From assembly GCA_014360645.1 (NCBI GenBank), contig JACIXD010000016.1:12395-76394 (forward strand): DNA of 64,000 nucleotides, read 5' to 3'. This document shows, piece by piece, positions 16,461 to 26,506 of the stretch (position 1 is the stretch's first letter; every line of letters starts with the position of its first letter). A program made the position numbers and the translations under genes. This DNA is from Actinomycetota bacterium. Its GTDB lineage: Bacteria > Actinomycetota > Geothermincolia > Geothermincolales > RBG-13-55-18. The notes below the pieces were generated by a model, which saw only the letters and a program-made list of their open reading frames with translations, was not told the DNA's origin and made no database searches.

Positions 16461-17615
16461 CTATGGCAGGTCCGCGCCCAGGATCATCACGTCCGACCAG
16501 CTGCAGCCGCCGAACCCCGTGGCCAGCGCTTTTTTGGCGCCCTCAACCTGGCGCTCGCCGGCCCTTCCCATGATCTGCCAGGCGGCCTCTCCGATGCGGA
16601 TGAGGGCGGTGGCGCCGATGGGGTTGGTGGAGATGACCCCGCCGGAGGGGTTGATGGGCAGCTCGCCGTCCATCTCGAAGGTGCCCTTGCGGATGAGGGC
16701 GGGAGCGCCGCCGTGCTCGCAGAACCACAGGGAGTCCATCCACTTCACCCCGCAGGTGGAGGCGGGGATGTAGAGCTCGGCCACGTCGAATTCCTTGAGC
16801 GGGTTGGTTATCCCCGCCAGCTTGTAGGCCGCAGCCGACGCCCTCTCCAGGGTGGGCATGAACTTCCACTCCAGGTCCCCGAAGTGGGTGTAGTCGTGTC
16901 GAACCACCGAGGCGTGCACCCATGCCGGTTTAGGGCAGAGCTTCTTGGCCTTCTCCTCGCAGGCGAAGATCACCGCGCAGGAGCCGTCGGAGCGCGGGCA
17001 CATGTCCAGGAACTTGATGGGGTAGGAGAGCATTGGTGAGTTGAGCACGTCCTCCACCGTCACCGCCTGGCGCGAATGCGCGTAGGGGTTGCGCAGGGCG
17101 TTGTTGCGGTCGCGCGCCGCCACCATGGCCGCGTCCTCCTCGGTGGCACCGAAGGCCTTCATGTACATGGAGTACTCGGTGGCCAGGGGGCCGATAGCTC
17201 CCGCGAAGGGGTCCCTCTCAAGGGTGGGGTTGGCGCAGGTCGAGATGGCGGCTTGGGTGTCGGACTCCGAGTTCTTCTCCCAGCCCACCGCCAAGACCAC
17301 GTCGAAGAGGCCGCTGGCGACGTGGTAGTAGCCGCAAGCGCCCACGGTGGTACCGGTGGTCCCGCCGGTGGTCACCTTGAACACCGGCTTCATGCATGCT
17401 CCAAGCCCGTCCACCGCCCACATGTCCACGTAGTTGATGTTCTCGAAGTGGTCCATGTTGCCGATGACGATGGCGTCGATGTCCTTGATGGTGAGCTGCG
17501 CGTCGTCCAGAGCCCGGGACACGGCCTCGGCGATGAGCTCGACGCCGGAGGCATCCAGGCGCTTGGCGGCGTGGTGGGTCTGGCCTACTCCGATGATGCC
17601 TACTCTTTTACCCAT
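16461..17615 (-). CDS. Thiolase-like protein (SCP-x / archaeal-type acetyl-CoA C-acyltransferase family)
   Basis: N-terminus MGKRVGIIGVGQT, and a C-terminal GG…SGG thiolase fold. Confidence 0.8.
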   Translation of the reverse strand: MGKRVGIIGVGQTHHAAKRLDASGVELIAEAVSRALDDAQLTIKDIDAIVIGNMDHFENINYVDMWAVDGLGACMKPVFKVTTGGTTGTTVGACGYYHVASGLFDVVLAVGWEKNSESDTQAAISTCANPTLERDPFAGAIGPLATEYSMYMKAFGATEEDAAMVAARDRNNALRNPYAHSRQAVTVEDVLNSPMLSYPIKFLDMCPRSDGSCAVIFACEEKAKKLCPKPAWVHASVVRHDYTHFGDLEWKFMPTLERASAAAYKLAGITNPLKEFDVAELYIPASTCGVKWMDSLWFCEHGGAPALIRKGTFEMDGELPINPSGGVISTNPIGATALIRIGEAAWQIMGRAGERQVEGAKKALATGFGGCSWSDVMILGADLP

Positions 17616-17629
17616 TTCACGTCACCTCC

Positions 17630-18772
17630 TTATCTCCCCAGCACCCAGACACAGTGCGACTGCCCGCACATGCCGTTGATGCCGTGCACCAGCGCGGTCT
17701 CCACGCCGTCGAGCTGGCGCTCGCCCGCCTCGCCGCGAAGCTGCAGCACCGCTTCGGCCATGGCATAGAGGCCCGCGGACTGCACGGGATTGGCGGAGAG
17801 GCGCCCGCCGGAGACGTTCACCGGGAATTTTCCGTCGGCGTTGAACCAGCCGCGCTCCAGGTACTCGCAGCCCTTGCCGTCATCGCAGATCCCCAGCCCC
17901 TCCAGCCACAGCGGCTCCATGTAGGAGAAGGCGTCGTAGACCTCGGCGAAATCGATCTCCTTGAGGGGGTCGGAGATGCCCGCCATCTCGTAGGCGCGCT
18001 TGGCGGCCTTCTTCAGGGCTCGCATGTCGGCGAGGTCGCGGTCCCCCAGGCGGAAGGCGTCGGAGCAGTGGCCCACGCCCTTCATCCACACCCTCTTCTT
18101 GTTGGTGGTGAGTTTCTTGGCCTGCCTTTCCGCCGCCAGGATGAGGGTGCAGGCCCCGTCGGTCACCGGGGAGCAGTCGAGCACCTTGAGGGGGTCGGCC
18201 ACCTTGCGGGAGTTCATGACGTCCTCCACGGTGATGTCCATGGGGAGGAGCGCGATGGGGTTCTTCTTGGCGTTGCCGTGGTTCTTCACCGACACCAGGG
18301 CGAACTGCTCTTCCAGTAGGCCGTACTTGCTCATGTAGCGGCGCGCCTGTAGTGCGGCGGAGGACACGGCGTCCAGCCCCAGCTTGCGCTCAACCAGGGG
18401 GTCGAAGGCGCAGTTGGTGATGCCGTTCATGTTGCTCTCCGTGCCCTTGTGGTGGGCGCAGACGATGGAGACCCCGAAGGAACCCGAGAGGATGCGCATC
18501 ATGCCGTAGAGAGCGCCGAAGGTGCCGTCGCCTTCCACGGTGGTGATGTCCTTGCCGTAGGCTCCCGAAGCGTCGGAGATGGCCATGCTGGAGATGGTGC
18601 GCCCGTCCCAGAAATCGCTGGAGACCGAGACCACGTTGTCCACCTCGTCGCGGGTGATGCCCGCGTCCTCCAGGGCCTTGGTGGTGGCCTCGAAGACCAT
18701 CTCCGCGAAGGTCAGGGGGCTGTTCTGCGCGTACTTGGTATAGCCTACACCGATGATCGCCACTTTTTCCAT
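17630..18772 (-). CDS. Thiolase-like protein (second paralog)
   Basis: N-terminus MEKVAIIGVGYTKYA. RBS GGGGTGA precedes the ATG. Confidence 0.8.
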   Translation of the reverse strand: MEKVAIIGVGYTKYAQNSPLTFAEMVFEATTKALEDAGITRDEVDNVVSVSSDFWDGRTISSMAISDASGAYGKDITTVEGDGTFGALYGMMRILSGSFGVSIVCAHHKGTESNMNGITNCAFDPLVERKLGLDAVSSAALQARRYMSKYGLLEEQFALVSVKNHGNAKKNPIALLPMDITVEDVMNSRKVADPLKVLDCSPVTDGACTLILAAERQAKKLTTNKKRVWMKGVGHCSDAFRLGDRDLADMRALKKAAKRAYEMAGISDPLKEIDFAEVYDAFSYMEPLWLEGLGICDDGKGCEYLERGWFNADGKFPVNVSGGRLSANPVQSAGLYAMAEAVLQLRGEAGERQLDGVETALVHGINGMCGQSHCVWVLGR

Positions 18773-18790
18773 GTATCTCACCCCGCTTCC

Positions 18791-19264
18791 CTATGCCAGG
18801 GGACGGAAATGCCTGATGTCGAGGATGTTGCCCTCGCGCTCATCCTCGAGTACCGCCTCCACGCGCATGCCCACCTTGACCTGTTCCGGGTCCACGTCTC
18901 CGATAAAGTGGACTATGCCGGTGTCGGCGCCGTCCATCTTGATCACGCCGTACACGAAGGGGGCCTTGCGGGGGTGCATAGACGGCTCTTCATAGCGCAC
19001 CACGGTATAGGTCTCCACCGTGCCCGTGCCCGGGAGCTCCACCCAGTCGTGCGGCTCCTCGTAACAGTTTATGCACTTGATCTTCGGGGGAACGAAGGTC
19101 GTCCCGCAGCTCGGACAGCGGTTGGCCCAGATCTTGCCGTTGTCCCGCAGTTCGCAGTAGAAGCGGCTGAGCGTGCTTCCCACCGTCCAGGAATAAGGGA
19201 CGCTGATCTTGCCCTCGTGGACCAGTATCTCCACATCGTCCTTCCAATCAGACAACTGCTTCAC
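18791..19264 (-). CDS. DUF35 OB-fold/Zn-ribbon protein (second copy)
   Basis: Zn-ribbon motif CPSCGTTFVPPKIKCINC. The start may instead be the TTG 9 nt downstream, which has better SD spacing. Confidence 0.75.
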   Translation of the reverse strand: MKQLSDWKDDVEILVHEGKISVPYSWTVGSTLSRFYCELRDNGKIWANRCPSCGTTFVPPKIKCINCYEEPHDWVELPGTGTVETYTVVRYEEPSMHPRKAPFVYGVIKMDGADTGIVHFIGDVDPEQVKVGMRVEAVLEDEREGNILDIRHFRPLA

Positions 19265-19722
19265 CTCCCTTTACCTGACCCTGCTGCCGATAAGTGGTAC
19301 GTTCGCCGGAACCTCCATCCATCACCTCCTCACGGGGGCCGGATACCCTCCAGGACGTTGTCCGCCGTGCATCCCTCCTGGGGTGCGGCCGATGCCTTAC
19401 TATTTCCCGACTCAAGCCCCTTTTGGTCGTGTCCGCCGTCCGGGTCCTTGCGGGTAAAGACGACGGTGCCGTGACGTTTGGAAGAAAAATTCCTCACGGA
19501 GACTCCAATCGCGTTACGTCTCATCCCTCTACCCGAGCCGGCGGGCTGGCCGCACGTGGCCGTTTGCCGGAACAGATGCCCGTGTCCAGGGGCCGTGCCA
19601 ACAGATGCTTCGTAGCGTCGGGGCGCGCCCTCCTCCGCGCCCCCGAGCCGGCGCATAAAGCTTGTATTAAGCGAGCGTTAATATTCTATTACTTTTGCCG
19701 CCGTAAATAAATGGGGTCAGCC

Positions 19723-19817
19723 CCGGACATGGGACATTGTCGTTGAACATCTTTATCCAGGGTCAGCCCCGGACATGGGACATTGTCGTTGAACATCTTC
19801 ATCCAGCGCCACCGGAC
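19723..19817 (+). repeat. Two tandem copies of a 48-bp unit containing REP2 (GGGGTCAGCCCCGGACATGGGACA)
   Basis: Read directly. The copies lie in the 750-nt region upstream of the DUF35-thiolase operon. Confidence 0.75.
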
Positions 19818-19987
19818 ATCCGGTCCAAGCGTCTTTTCACCCCGTCCTGGAGAGACTCGTGAAACATACCGAGAGATATCGGTGCCGTGATCTTCCGGGG
19901 TTCCGGGCGACGGGTGATCGGCCGCTGCCCGCCGAGGAAGCATCTCGCTGACGGCGGAAAGATAGCGCGAGGGAAAGCGCTGCTTTT

Positions 19988-20011
19988 TGTCCCATGTCCG
20001 GGGCTGACCCC
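19988..20011 (-). repeat. REP2 copy (reverse), inverted partner of 19723-19817
   Basis: TGTCCCATGTCCGGGGCTGACCCC. Confidence 0.7.
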
Positions 20012-20012
20012 A

Positions 20013-21878
20013 TTATAGGTGGTTGGCGACGTCGCCGAGGCCGTATTTCTCGAGCGTCTCCCGGGTGGGAATGCCGTCCGGGGTCATGCCGCGGTACTCG
20101 TAGAACTCCCGCAGCATGGTGTCCATGTCCGGCACCGACCCGGCGATACCGCCGTCCTCCACCGGGGTCATGATGCGTTGCCCGATACGGTCATCGGCTC
20201 CGGTGGCTCCCCAGATGTGGCCCAGGCAGCGCTGCAGGAACCACACCCGCGCGCCCGCCTCCATCATCTTGGCCACGTCCCAGCCGTATCCCGCCACCGC
20301 GTTGAAGAGCTCCGCCCACTGGGTGACGGAATAGGCGGTGCCCGGGAACTCGCACCAGCAGGCGGAGTTCATGATGCAGCCCAGGTCGGCGGTGAGGGCC
20401 ACCGCCTCCGCCTTGTACTCCGCTGACTGCGGCATGTAGTTCTTGTCCAGGCCTATCTCGGGGTACTCGACGGCGCCCCATTCCAGGAGGAAGGTGAGGT
20501 TGGACACGTGGCAGGCACCGCGGATGGAGACGGCGTAGGCGAGGCCGTCGCCCCAGTTGCAGCGCGGGTCGTGCATGGGAGCCTCCAGCCCCTTGGAGTC
20601 GGTGAGGTAGGCTTCCGCCCCTCCACCCACCTCCTCCGCGGCGGCACGCGACCCCTTGGCCAGGAGAGAGGCCAGCCTGCCCTGCCTGGCCACCACGCTG
20701 GGCAGGAGCTCGATCACCGCGTCCACGTCGCCCCATTCCAGCTTCATGCCATCGTATTCCTCCGGCTTGAGGATGCCCACTTCGAAGCAGTCCATGGCCC
20801 AGGCGAAGGTGGCCCCCATGGTGATGGTGTCTATGCCGGCGCGGTTGCAGAAATCGTTGATCTTGCACAGAGCGGCCAGGTTGTCGTTCATGATCAGGGT
20901 GCCGAAGGCGGCCTGGGTCTCGTATTCCGGTCCCGGCCCGGGCCTGGCCATGGCGTAAGGGCCTTCCTTGACCTCCACCACCGGCTTGCAGCGCACCGCG
21001 CAGCCGCGGCAGCTGGCGTGGTCCACGACGAAGTTGTCGGCGAGGGCGATGCCGGAGAGCTTCTCCGCCCCCTCTTCCCATAACCCCCGTCCCCAGTTGC
21101 GGGTGGGGACGTCTCCCTCGAACATCTTGGCCTCCATGTTGGCGCCGGTGCCGAAGGCGGAGAGGGCGCCGCAGAAGATGTTGTCCTTGATCATCTCGCG
21201 GTGCTCCTCCTGCATGGCCTTGACCTTCTCGGGGTCGGCGAACTCCATTTTCTTGTTGCCCTCGCCCACAATGGCTTTGAGCTGCTTGGAGCCCATCACC
21301 GCCCCCATGCCCGCGCGGCCGAAATGGTGGCCGTAGTCGTTGGCTATGCTGGCGAAGGGGATGAGGTTCTCGCCCGCCGGCCCGATGGCCAGCACCTTGG
21401 CCCCCTTGCCGTAGCGCTCCTTGAGGACGTCGGTGGTCTCGTAGGTGTCCATGCCCCAGAGGTCGTCGGCGGGAAGGAGGTCCGCGGAGTCCTCGCCCAG
21501 CAGCAGGAACACCGGGCTCGCCGCCTTGCCCTTCAGGATCACCGCGTCATAGCCGCACCGCTTGAGCTCGGGGCCGAAGTTGCCCCCGCAGGAGGCCTGT
21601 CCCCAGATGCCGGTGAGGGGAGAGCGCGCTCCCACCGTGAGGCGGCTGGAGCCGGAGAAGCCGATGCCCGTGAGAGGACCGGCGGCGAAGATGAGCAGGT
21701 TGTCCGGATCCAGGGCTCCCGCCTCCAGGTTTCCCCGCTCGAAGAGCAGCCTGGCCGCCAGGCCCGCCCCACCGATATAGTCACGGTAGGTCTGCTCGGG
21801 GATCTCTATCTCCTGTGTGGACCCGGTCGAGAGGTCCACCTCCAGGACCTTCCCCATGTTGCCGAAAGCCATGTGCAT
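20013..21878 (-). CDS. aor: Aldehyde:ferredoxin oxidoreductase (tungsten-containing AOR family)
   Basis: Full-length match to AOR N-terminal and catalytic domains (MAFGNMGKVLEVDLSTG… and the …CRGCAVRC… Fe-S motif). RBS AGGAGGGGA is present. Confidence 0.85.
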   Translation of the reverse strand: MHMAFGNMGKVLEVDLSTGSTQEIEIPEQTYRDYIGGAGLAARLLFERGNLEAGALDPDNLLIFAAGPLTGIGFSGSSRLTVGARSPLTGIWGQASCGGNFGPELKRCGYDAVILKGKAASPVFLLLGEDSADLLPADDLWGMDTYETTDVLKERYGKGAKVLAIGPAGENLIPFASIANDYGHHFGRAGMGAVMGSKQLKAIVGEGNKKMEFADPEKVKAMQEEHREMIKDNIFCGALSAFGTGANMEAKMFEGDVPTRNWGRGLWEEGAEKLSGIALADNFVVDHASCRGCAVRCKPVVEVKEGPYAMARPGPGPEYETQAAFGTLIMNDNLAALCKINDFCNRAGIDTITMGATFAWAMDCFEVGILKPEEYDGMKLEWGDVDAVIELLPSVVARQGRLASLLAKGSRAAAEEVGGGAEAYLTDSKGLEAPMHDPRCNWGDGLAYAVSIRGACHVSNLTFLLEWGAVEYPEIGLDKNYMPQSAEYKAEAVALTADLGCIMNSACWCEFPGTAYSVTQWAELFNAVAGYGWDVAKMMEAGARVWFLQRCLGHIWGATGADDRIGQRIMTPVEDGGIAGSVPDMDTMLREFYEYRGMTPDGIPTRETLEKYGLGDVANHL

Positions 21879-21982
21879 CACTCCCCTCCTGGATGGCCGG
21901 GAGCGGACGCCCGCCGGCGGCGCGCCCCGGCTTTCTCACTCACTGCAAACCGTTGCCGGCCCCTCTGCCGTCGAGACGGGGT

Positions 21983-22399
21983 TCAGTTCAGGGACATGAT
22001 CTTGGTGAGCCTGGTAAGGGCTCCCAGGTGCGTGAACATCCCCTTGATCTTCAGCTCCCGCTTGAGGAGCTTCTTCACCACCGCCATGCCCGTCTCGTCG
22101 AAGTACCAGGGCATGCCGTACTTGATGTTGATGTTGGCCAGGTCGAGCAGGGAGGCGGCGTCGGTCTCGATGGAGAGGTCGGGGGTGCCTTCCCTGCCGC
22201 CGTAAACGGTCAGGCTACCCCGGTTGAAGTCCATGGTGATCTCCGTCTCCGCGTCCACGGCGTGGATATAGACGCGCGCCTTGAGCCGGTTGAACTCCTT
22301 GAGCTTCTCCGGTTTCTCGATGTTGGCCTTGAGCATGTCCGAGAGCATCACCGCCATGGCCACCTCGTCGGCGCCGGGCGCTAGCTTGACATCCGCCAT
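21983..22399 (-). CDS. SCP2 sterol-binding domain protein
   Basis: C-terminal SCP2 signature …LKIKGMFTHLGALTRLTKIM. RBS AAGGAGGT is present. Confidence 0.7.
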   Translation of the reverse strand: MADVKLAPGADEVAMAVMLSDMLKANIEKPEKLKEFNRLKARVYIHAVDAETEITMDFNRGSLTVYGGREGTPDLSIETDAASLLDLANINIKYGMPWYFDETGMAVVKKLLKRELKIKGMFTHLGALTRLTKIMSLN

Positions 22400-22461
22400 C
22401 TGTTTACCTCCTTTTCAGGTCAAGCGGCGGGACCGCGGCCGAAAGTCCGCGCGGGTTCCGC

Positions 22462-23625
22462 TCAGAAAGCCTTCTTGTACACCTCCATCACCTGCTCCGC
22501 CTCGAAGATCATCTTGGGGTTGTAGACGATGGAGCCGTCGCAGAGGGCCATGTCCGAGGCCTCGGCGAGCCCCTCCTCCTCCACGCCCACCTCGCGCAGC
22601 GACTGGGGCATACCGATCTTTTTGGTGAGCTCGAACACGGCATCCACCGCCGCGCCGGCCGCCTCCTCGTCGCTCATGCCCCTCTCCCTGACTCCCATGG
22701 CCTCGGCCACGAAGGCGTAGCGGTCGGCGCATTCGTCCATGTTGTACATCATCACGTGGGGCAGCAGGATGGAGTTGGCCACCCCGTGGGGCACCTTGTA
22801 GAGGGCGCCCACGCAGTGGGCCATGGCGTGCACCAGTCCGACCTGGGCGTTGGAGAAGGCGATGCCGGCCATGGTCGCCGCGATCTGCTGCTGTCCGCGC
22901 GCCACCAGGTCGGAGCCGTTCTCCACGCAGATGGGGAGATACTGCATGATGAGGCGTATGGCTCCGAAAGCAAGGGTGTCGGAGATGGGCTCGGCCTGGA
23001 GGGCGTGGATGGCCTCGATGGCGTGGGTGAGGGCGTCCATGCCCGTCATGGCGGTGATGCGCGGCGGCATGGTCGCGGTCATCTCCGGGTCGAGGATGGC
23101 GGTGTTGGGCATGAGGTAGTCGTCCCCGTAGAGCAGCTTCTGGTTCTTCTCCCAGTCTTTGATCACGAAGGCGTAGGTGACCTCGCTCCCGGTACCGGCG
23201 GTGGTGGGGATGACCACGTGAGGGGTGATGGGATGGGTGAGCATCTGGAACCCCTGGTAGTCCTGTAGGTTCCCGCCCTCAGAGACGATGATGGCCATGC
23301 CCTTGGCGGTGTCGATGACGCTGCCGCCGCCCACGCTCACCAGGCAGTCGGCGCCCTTTTCGCGCGCGATCTCGGCGGCCTCGTTGACGATGTGGTACCC
23401 GGAGTCCTGGGGCACGCCGTCGAAGGTGCCCACGTGGCGGTTCCCCAGGGCCTTTTCCACCTTCTCGACGAGCCCCGCCTCCACCAGGCCTTTGTCGGTG
23501 ACCACGAAGGCACGGGAGCACTTGAGGTGGTCCACCTCCGCTCCCAGGTCCTTCACCGCCCCGACGCCGAACACCAGCCTGGTGTAGTTCTTGTAGATGA
23601 AGGAGAGGTCCTTATCGTAGGCCAT
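22462..23625 (-). CDS. Iron-containing alcohol dehydrogenase
   Basis: Fe-ADH signatures GGGSVIDTAKG and …HAMAHCVGALYKVPHG. RBS GGAGGTGA is present. Confidence 0.85.
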   Translation of the reverse strand: MAYDKDLSFIYKNYTRLVFGVGAVKDLGAEVDHLKCSRAFVVTDKGLVEAGLVEKVEKALGNRHVGTFDGVPQDSGYHIVNEAAEIAREKGADCLVSVGGGSVIDTAKGMAIIVSEGGNLQDYQGFQMLTHPITPHVVIPTTAGTGSEVTYAFVIKDWEKNQKLLYGDDYLMPNTAILDPEMTATMPPRITAMTGMDALTHAIEAIHALQAEPISDTLAFGAIRLIMQYLPICVENGSDLVARGQQQIAATMAGIAFSNAQVGLVHAMAHCVGALYKVPHGVANSILLPHVMMYNMDECADRYAFVAEAMGVRERGMSDEEAAGAAVDAVFELTKKIGMPQSLREVGVEEEGLAEASDMALCDGSIVYNPKMIFEAEQVMEVYKKAF

Positions 23626-24114
23626 GCATATCACCTCCGGTCTGGTTCCCGGGGACCGGCGCCCCGGGGTCATCGGGTATTCATGCGCCGCTGGTGCGGC
23701 CGCTCTCTACCTCCAAGTCTCGGCGTCCGCAGGCAGGGAGCGGGCCGCCTGCCATCATGCCCGTTGCACTCCGGTGACGCCGTGATCGATCTGCTCTGCT
23801 CCGAAAACCGCGGGTGGAAGAGAATGCCTCCCCGCCGCGGCATGCAGGTCGCGATCGCGGTGGCGGACTCTTCCGGGCCGCTCTCCTCGCCGGGCGCCGG
23901 CCTCCGGGACGGGATGCTCGCCCGCGCGCACCGTGCGCGCGGGCGGGATTCCCTTTGCTCCCGCGCCTCGCGCTGCCTGCCGCCCTCTCTCCGTGACGGC
24001 TTCCAGCGAATAGCGCCTTACCGTCACGCCACGGGAGGAAGCCTCTTCCTGCGCGGGCTCCAGGTCTCGGTTCCGAAAGCCCGTCTGAAAGCGAAAGGCT
24101 ACCAGCTGCCCCGG

Positions 24115-24678
24115 CTATATCCCCAACTCCTCCTCGGCCCGCTTGAGCAGCGCGCGCAGCTCCTCCTTGCCGGCATCGTCCAGTTCGTCGGGGAAGCGTG
24201 GGTTGGTGGAGGCGGAGAGGTCCACGAGGCGGGAGGCCGCCTTCACCGCACGCACGATGGTGGGGAGGTCGCCCTTGAGCTTGAGCTTACCCTGCATCAT
24301 GCCCTTGACGGTGTCCAGCTCCTTGGCCATGACCGCCTTCCAGCGCTCGTACTCGCCGGTGATGACGTAATCCCCGGCCTCGCCCACCTCGGCGGGCACG
24401 ATGCGCACGTAGTTGCAGTCGCCGTGCCAGAGGTCCATGAACATGTAGAGGTCCTTGTCCAGCCCTATCTCCGGCTTGGCGAGGATCTTGATGACCACCG
24501 AGCCTTCCCAGGTCTTGGCGGCCTCCTTGTACTCGGCGTCGTTCTGGATGAGCTCCTCGTACTGCTTCACCCACTCCGGGGTCCCCATGATATAGGGGGG
24601 TGACTGGCTCTCCATCCTCTCCTTTACGATGTTGTTGTAGGCCTCAACCCATTCGTCGGTGCCATACGGAATTGCCAT
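24115..24678 (-). CDS. SCP2-domain protein (second copy)
   Basis: Translation MAIPYGTDEWVEAYN…GKLKLKGDLPTIVRAVKAASRL. RBS AGGAGGGAA is present. The annotated 652-aa ORF on this strand is an antisense shadow; only this C-terminal part is coding. Confidence 0.6.
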   Translation of the reverse strand: MAIPYGTDEWVEAYNNIVKERMESQSPPYIMGTPEWVKQYEELIQNDAEYKEAAKTWEGSVVIKILAKPEIGLDKDLYMFMDLWHGDCNYVRIVPAEVGEAGDYVITGEYERWKAVMAKELDTVKGMMQGKLKLKGDLPTIVRAVKAASRLVDLSASTNPRFPDELDDAGKEELRALLKRAEEELGI

Positions 24679-25122
24679 ACCATTCCCTCCTCTGACTAGT
24701 CGAGTCGCCCAGCAGTGTCTCGCCGGAGGCAGGCGCACGAGGCACGAGTCTACCGGCATGAACAATATAATTAGTTTGCATACGATTATGCAACCGATCC
24801 GGCTTGGCCCCGGCGCATGCGGGCGCGGGCCGAAAGCCGCACCCCCGCCGCGCAAGGGCGTCCTCGGTTCCCGGCGCGTGCGGGCGCGGGGGGAAGAGCA
24901 GACTTTCAAGCGCGACGGGGAGGGAGGGGTCCGCGACGCGCGCGGGCGTCTGGGTAGGGGATGGTCAAGCCGGCGCGGACCGGCCTCTCGAAGGGCGCCG
25001 GGGAGGCGGTGCGCTACCCCGCAGCCCATTCGCACAGCTCCTGAGGGGCTTGCCGCGCGGGCGTTGGGAGGCCGGTTGTGATAGATTATGGGCATAGGCC
25101 TCAGAAAAAAAGGAGGGAGAGG

Positions 25123-26112
25123 ATGTTCGAACGGGATAAATGCGACCTTTGCGGAGACTGCGTCTTTCTGTGCCCCTACGTGGACTACGACCGCGAGCAG
25201 TCCATAGAGCAGTTCCGGGCCCTCAAGGAGGGCGGCACGCCCGAGATCGTCAGCCAGTGCGTCACCTGCGTGGCCTGCAACCAGTTCTGCGAGAAGGGCG
25301 CCAACCCCTTCGACCTCATCCTGAAGCGCCAGGAGGAGACGGGGGTGCTGAACATCCCGGAGCAGAACACCGAGGTCTTCCGCAACCTCCCCAAGGCCCC
25401 GAGCCAGGTGATAGCGGGAGAGCCGGGCAGGCCGACCCTTTCCCTCTGCAGTGTGGGGGACTTTATCCCCGGCCTTTTCGAGGGACCGCTCTTCCAGGGG
25501 ATGACGGTGCTCAAGGGAGGCGATTATTTCTGCAACGTGGGCTGGGTGCACCTGGGTTACGAGACGCCGGTGCGCGAGGGAGCGCGGCGGGTGGTGGAAA
25601 ACCTCGCCGCCACGGGGGCCTCGGAGATCATCTTCTACCACGACGACTGCTACGCTCTCCTGGCCTCCATGGTCAAGGAGTACGGCATAGAGGTGCCCTT
25701 CCGTCCCGTGCACATCATAGAGTATCTGCTGGAACAGGTCAGGGAGCGGAGGGACGAGGTCAAGCCCTTGAACATGAAGGTAGCCTACCAGCAGCCCTGC
25801 GCCTCGCGCTATACGCCCTGGAAGGACGAGCAGCTGGACGAGCTCTTCGAGCTCATCGGGGTTGAGAGGGTGGAGAGGAAGCACGACCGCAGGTTCGCCC
25901 TCTGCTGCGGGTCGCCCATGATGCCCCGCGACCGCGACAAGGCCATGGAGATAAAGAGGCGCAACATCGACGACGCCGTGGAACACGGAGCCCGGGCCAT
26001 GGCCTATCTCTGTCCCCTCTGCGTGCTCAACCTGCGCAAGGTGGCCGACGCCGCCGGGCTGGAGGGCTATCACATCATCGAGCTCACCAGGAAGGCCCTG
26101 GGTTATGCATGA
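25123..26112 (+). CDS. Fe-S oxidoreductase, HdrD/GlcF-like (4Fe-4S dicluster plus cysteine-rich CCG domains)
   Basis: Motifs CDLCGDCVFLCP…CVTCVACNQFC, then …QQPCASRY…ALCCGSP…YLCPLC. RBS AAGGAGGGAGAGG is present. Confidence 0.7.
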   Translation: MFERDKCDLCGDCVFLCPYVDYDREQSIEQFRALKEGGTPEIVSQCVTCVACNQFCEKGANPFDLILKRQEETGVLNIPEQNTEVFRNLPKAPSQVIAGEPGRPTLSLCSVGDFIPGLFEGPLFQGMTVLKGGDYFCNVGWVHLGYETPVREGARRVVENLAATGASEIIFYHDDCYALLASMVKEYGIEVPFRPVHIIEYLLEQVRERRDEVKPLNMKVAYQQPCASRYTPWKDEQLDELFELIGVERVERKHDRRFALCCGSPMMPRDRDKAMEIKRRNIDDAVEHGARAMAYLCPLCVLNLRKVADAAGLEGYHIIELTRKALGYA

Positions 26113-26506
26113 GACCCCGGGCGTTGCTGCTGATGTTCCGAGAGACCCTTATCGGCTCGATTCCCGGGGGTCGCGGGCATGTCCGGCGGGGGGCGGGACG
26201 CGTGCCGCGATGCGTGGTCGGCGGAGACGGGCCGGGATGCCGGTACGCGGGATAAAGAAAGATCATCGGGCATGTGACGGGAAGTTGACCCCCGAATTGT
26301 AATAATTGTAATGACACCGGCGGGGGCCTTGTCGGCACGCGGGTTGCTCCGTGAGGGTTGGGGAAAAAGCCTGGCGGTCGGGATGCCTGCGAAGGCCGTT
26401 TTGAGATTCCCGCCCGGTATCTCTCGCACCATGCACCATATATGCCTTTGCCTTCTACATGAACGGGATGCCGCCGTGGACGGCTTGCGGCCGGCGTGCC
26501 CCCGCG

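Noticed and set aside
24679-26073. 652-aa minus-strand ORF (24115..26073)
   Set aside because: GC-rich antisense shadow ORF overlapping the plus-strand HdrD-like gene. Only its 3' 564 nt encode a recognisable SCP2-like protein with its own RBS.
26113-26506. Possible gene or ncRNA in the 400-bp convergent gap after the HdrD-like gene
   Set aside because: Only a short TTGTAAT x2 direct repeat and GC-rich sequence are present. There is no ORF with an RBS and no clear terminator or structure that could be supported by eye.
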